A stretch of 64,000 bases of DNA from Candidatus Marinacidobacterales bacterium (GTDB taxonomy: Bacteria; Acidobacteriota; Vicinamibacteria; Marinacidobacterales; SMYC01), in contig OZ250169.1 in NCBI GenBank assembly GCA_965237955.1, positions 6,784,001 to 6,848,000 of the forward strand, in the 5' to 3' direction. Made by a program: the position numbers and the translations under genes. This document shows, one piece after another, positions 60,707 through 64,000 of the stretch; the first letter of the stretch is position 1; each line of letters starts with the position of its first letter. The notes under the pieces are model-generated. The model was given only the letters and a program-made list of their open reading frames with translations, was not told where the DNA came from and did not search any database.

Positions 60707-61495
60707 TTGAACGAAGTCACGATCCGAAGCCTCAACGGCATCAACCGACGCTTTTACGACGAGCGCGCCGACGAGTTCAATCAAACGCGCGAGCGAGCGT
60801 GGCGCGGCTGGAACGATCTCTTCGACCGCTACGGCTCCCGGGTTCCGCGCTCACCCAGGGTCCTCGACGTCGGCTGCGGCAACGGCCGCTTCGCACGGTT
60901 CTTGCGTCAACGGCTTGCCGAGCCGTTCACCTACTTCGGCATCGACGCCAGCAAGCTTGGGCTGGAGCATGCCGAAAAACGACTCGTCGACATTCCCAAC
61001 GTACATCTGGTCGAGCACGATTTCATCGTCGAGCCAGAACCGCTTCCGTCTTCGCTGGCTTCCGACGAGTTCGATCTCATCGTGCTGTTCGGGGTCGTCC
61101 ATCATATTCCGGGACGGGAACATCGCGCCCGCCTTCTGACACGCCTCGCTCGGCATCTAGCTCCGGGCGGCATGTTCGCCTACACCGTGTGGCGCTTCGA
61201 TCGCTTCGAGCGTTTCACCCGCAAGCTCGTGCCGTGGGACGATTTCCCTGTGGAAGGGAGCGAGCTCGAGCCCGGGGATCACATCATGACGTGGGGTGAT
61301 GCCGGACCGGCTTACCGGTACTGCCACGCGATGACCGATGAAGAGGCCGAGACCCTCGAGCGCACCTTACCGCTCGAGGCGTTGGCAAGCTTTTCCGGGG
61401 ACGACGACTTGAACCGATATTACGTTCTAATGAAAAAAACGCCACTCGACGCTCGCAAGCCCACACAGGGTGAACGTGGTTCCCGACTCGAGTAG
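60707..61495 (+). CDS. class I SAM methyltransferase, Trm9/ALKBH8-like
   Basis: FYDERADEFNQTRERAW, VLDVGCGNGR, GVVHHIP, YTVW, W...RYCH. Confidence 0.8.
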   Translation: MNEVTIRSLNGINRRFYDERADEFNQTRERAWRGWNDLFDRYGSRVPRSPRVLDVGCGNGRFARFLRQRLAEPFTYFGIDASKLGLEHAEKRLVDIPNVHLVEHDFIVEPEPLPSSLASDEFDLIVLFGVVHHIPGREHRARLLTRLARHLAPGGMFAYTVWRFDRFERFTRKLVPWDDFPVEGSELEPGDHIMTWGDAGPAYRYCHAMTDEEAETLERTLPLEALASFSGDDDLNRYYVLMKKTPLDARKPTQGERGSRLE

Positions 61496-62300
61496 CTGGG
61501 CACGCTCCTCCCCTGAGTGACCCCACACACCGTTCTTGCTGGCAGTATCGATCGCATAGAGACTTCCCGCCATCTCGACGATCAAAACGTGGACCCTCGA
61601 GATGTGAGGGTTCGTAAGCAGGACATCGCCATCGCATCGGTCCGAGCGTCCGAGAAGGATTCCGGAGCGCATCGCCCGTCTGCCGACTGGCATCGTCCCA
61701 ACGCCTTCTTCAGACGCGATCACGAGCTCACCGAGCGGTTCCTCATCGTCGGATAGGAGACTCTCTTCGAGCGTGGCCGGATGCGGAAGCGCCATCGTGC
61801 CGGCGTCTCGGCGGCTAAGCTATGCCCATATCGCCTCCGGCTCATCAGGCCAGCCGCGATCGCCTCGTGAGCCGGGAGCGAACAACAGAGAGTACCGGCC
61901 GCATCGAATGAAAAACGGCCCATCGGCTTCGCACGCGCGCAGTTGGCTACCGCGCTCGTCAGTGAAACCGGACGGCGTCCGTAAATCGACGACGCGAAAC
62001 GAGAACGGCTTCTTGGGGGACGACGGCGGCACGATCACGGCGAGATGCCGGAGGGACAAAGAGGGATCATCGCCGAGAAAAATCTCCGCCTTTTCGTGCC
62101 GCCCCACGATCGCGGTGTTGACTCGATTCTCGTGAGCGCGCAGGTAGCCCTTGGCCTGGACGCCGTGCTCGTCGAGAGCGACGACCGCGAGCCCAGGCTG
62201 CTTCCGGTCGTGCAATCAGTCTCGGATCGGGTCGTAGTACTCGAAAAACAGCTCGCCGGCCGCATGGCGCGGCGGCGGCGGTACGAATGCCGGCAGACAT
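61427..62300 (-). pseudogene. FHA-domain protein with stop/frameshifts
   Basis: IVGRH..DPSLSLRH and LLGRSDRCD..ISRVH..DTASKNG in different frames; 5' end approximate. Confidence 0.7.
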
Positions 62301-62477
62301 AGCGTGTCATCATTCGACACGCGGTCGAACGAGCGTTTCAACCAAAAAACGCGCGAGGCTTCGTCCACGGGCGTTTCTCCCCCACTTTGCTAAATTGACG
62401 GAACGCTATAGTTATGGACGGAATCGCCTCCCGGTTTCTGTGACCGCGAGCACGAAAAAGACCGCATGCTACACTTA

Positions 62478-62706
62478 GGGCCGGCGACAAAATAAGTTCC
62501 CGTTTTCAAGACGGTCGGATGGTGTAGTTCCATTTGGGTAGAGTCTGGTCCTTTGTAACGGAAAGCGCCTGCATCCGCTCGTCAGTGATTTTGACGCCCT
62601 TCGGATAACGACGCCGGATAAGGTGTGCGCGTACTCGCAAACCGGAAGAGGTGGTGGTCGTGCGGATGTATTTGAGGATGGTTTCGTAGCTGTCGAGATG
62701 CCTGCC
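62478..62706 (-). mobile_element. 3' end of an ISAzo13-family element, interrupted by IS21
   Basis: SYETILKYIRTTTTSSGLRVRA...YPKGVKI...WNYTIRP* followed by a short terminal sequence. Confidence 0.8.
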
Positions 62707-62711
62707 TGCGT

Positions 62712-62866
62712 ATTCCGGGGCATCGTGAACGCAGATTCCAGCCGAAGGTGAACATCCATTCCAAAGCATCGTGAACACGGATTCCGGGGATCGTGAACAT
62801 CGATTCCGGGGAAGGTGAACACGGATTCCAGGCAACGTGAACGCCGGTTCCGGCATCGCGAACGCT
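62712..62866 (+). repeat. IS21 subterminal transposase-binding repeats (7 x ~22 bp)
   Basis: ATTCC-N4/5-AWSGTGAAC-N4 tandem units. Confidence 0.88.
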
Positions 62867-62926
62867 CATCGATAGCACGTTTCAAGGCAACTCTAGGTCG
62901 TACCCGGAAGGAGGACGATCTAGGAA

Positions 62927-64000
62927 ATGGCAGCTAAGAGGTTATCGATGAGAAAAATACGAGAGGTTCTAAGGTTAAAGTACGAGCTGGGTTTTACTCA
63001 CCGCATGATCGCAAAGGCACTTCGCGTGGCGGTTGGAACGGTGAGTGAGTACCTGGCCAAGGCGAAGAAGGGTGGTCTGAGCTGGCCGCTCCCGGAGGAG
63101 CTGAGCGACGGGGAGCTGGAGGCAGGGCTGTTTCCGCCGCCGGGCTCGTCTGGCGCACGGCTGGGTCTGGACTATGCCCACATCCACGAGGAGCTGAGGC
63201 GTCACCGAGAGCTGACGTTGCTGCAGCTGTGGGTGGAGTACGCGGAGAATAAGCCGGGAGCGTACGGCTACAGCCGTTATTGCGAGCTGTACGGTCAGTG
63301 GAAGAAGAAGCTGAACCCGACGATGCGTCAACGGCATCGAGCAGGCGAGAAGACATTCGTCGATTTTTCGGGGAAGAAGCCTCACATCGTCGATCCGAAA
63401 ACGGGAGAGCTCGTCGAAATGGAGCTGTTCGTCGGGACGTTGGGCGCGAGCAGTTACACCTACGTCGAAGCGACACTGAACCAGTCGCTGGAATCGTGGG
63501 CGAAGGCCCATAAGGGGATGTCGGATTACTTCGGTGGCAGTACGGAGATCTGGGTTCCGGACAACTTGAAGAGCGGCGTGGATTTGGTGGACCGTTACGA
63601 GCCAGGGATCAACCGGACGTACGAAGAGATGGCGACGCATTACGGTGCGGTTGTGGTCCCGGCTCGGGTGTTCAAGCCGAAAGACAAAGCGAAGGTGGAG
63701 TCGGCAGTGCAGGTGGCGCAGCGCTGGATCCTGGCGGTGCTTCGTCATCGCACGTTCTTCAGCCTGGCGGAACTGAACGAAGCCATCTGGGAGAAGTTAG
63801 AGGTCCTGAATGCGCGTCCGATGCAGAAGCTCGGTGTGAGTCGGCGGGAGTTGTACGAAAGGCTAGACCGGCCCGTACTGAAACCGCTACCGCAGGAGAG
63901 CTACGAGTTATCGACGTGGAAGCGGTGCAGAGTGAACATCGACTACCACGTGGAGGTGGAGAACAACTTGTACAGCGTTCCCTATCAGCTCATTCACGAG
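62927..64000 (+). CDS. istA: IS21 transposase IstA (partial)
   Basis: MAAKRLSMRKIREVLRL, HRAGEKTFVDFSG, VPDNLKSGV, KPKDKAKVESAV, VNIDYHVEV. Confidence 0.95.
   Translation, partial: MAAKRLSMRKIREVLRLKYELGFTHRMIAKALRVAVGTVSEYLAKAKKGGLSWPLPEELSDGELEAGLFPPPGSSGARLGLDYAHIHEELRRHRELTLLQLWVEYAENKPGAYGYSRYCELYGQWKKKLNPTMRQRHRAGEKTFVDFSGKKPHIVDPKTGELVEMELFVGTLGASSYTYVEATLNQSLESWAKAHKGMSDYFGGSTEIWVPDNLKSGVDLVDRYEPGINRTYEEMATHYGAVVVPARVFKPKDKAKVESAVQVAQRWILAVLRHRTFFSLAELNEAIWEKLEVLNARPMQKLGVSRRELYERLDRPVLKPLPQESYELSTWKRCRVNIDYHVEVENNLYSVPYQLIHE

Larger units (their letters stand above)
62707..64000 (+). mobile_element. IS21-family element (left part; runs off the window)
   Basis: Starts TG at 62707; seven ~22-bp subterminal repeats; istA. 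Confidence 0.93.

Noticed and set aside
62712-62866. Possible CRISPR array
   Set aside because: Period is only ~22 bp with 4-5-nt variable parts, no cas genes, and it lies between a TG terminus and istA, i.e. IS21 end repeats

Overview
GC-rich bacterial chromosomal window; the VWA, PQQ-propeller, PD40 and kinase gene repertoire suggests Acidobacteriota (inference only). Intact genes include thrA-asd-thrB-thrC, glpD, a fatty-acid oxidation multifunctional enzyme, lemA, a 1-Cys peroxiredoxin, an SSS transporter and elp3. They are interspersed with many decayed accessory genes and five IS families: IS630 plus a 133-bp derivative MITE, two ISL3 copies, an ISDol1/ISNCY-like element, and IS21 nested in an ISAzo13 remnant. 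Most notable observations: (1) a reciprocal 2.6-kb inversion between 8-bp inverted repeats that splits a RES toxin, detaches a beta-CASP nuclease from the thr operon and creates an in-frame RES::nuclease fusion; (2) an unannotated ~290-nt structured transcript with its own promoter and terminator, an 18-nt match to the 16S rRNA 3' end and a 13-codon sORF; (3) a head-to-head elp3 / Trm9-like methyltransferase pair suggesting a eukaryote/archaea-type mcm5U34 tRNA pathway; (4) three sigma54-driven small proteins; (5) a tandem pair of unknown paralogues cut off from a consensus promoter by an IS; (6) hairpin modules carrying DnaA-box-like 9-mers. All family assignments come from reading motifs by eye; no database search or RNA folding was run.
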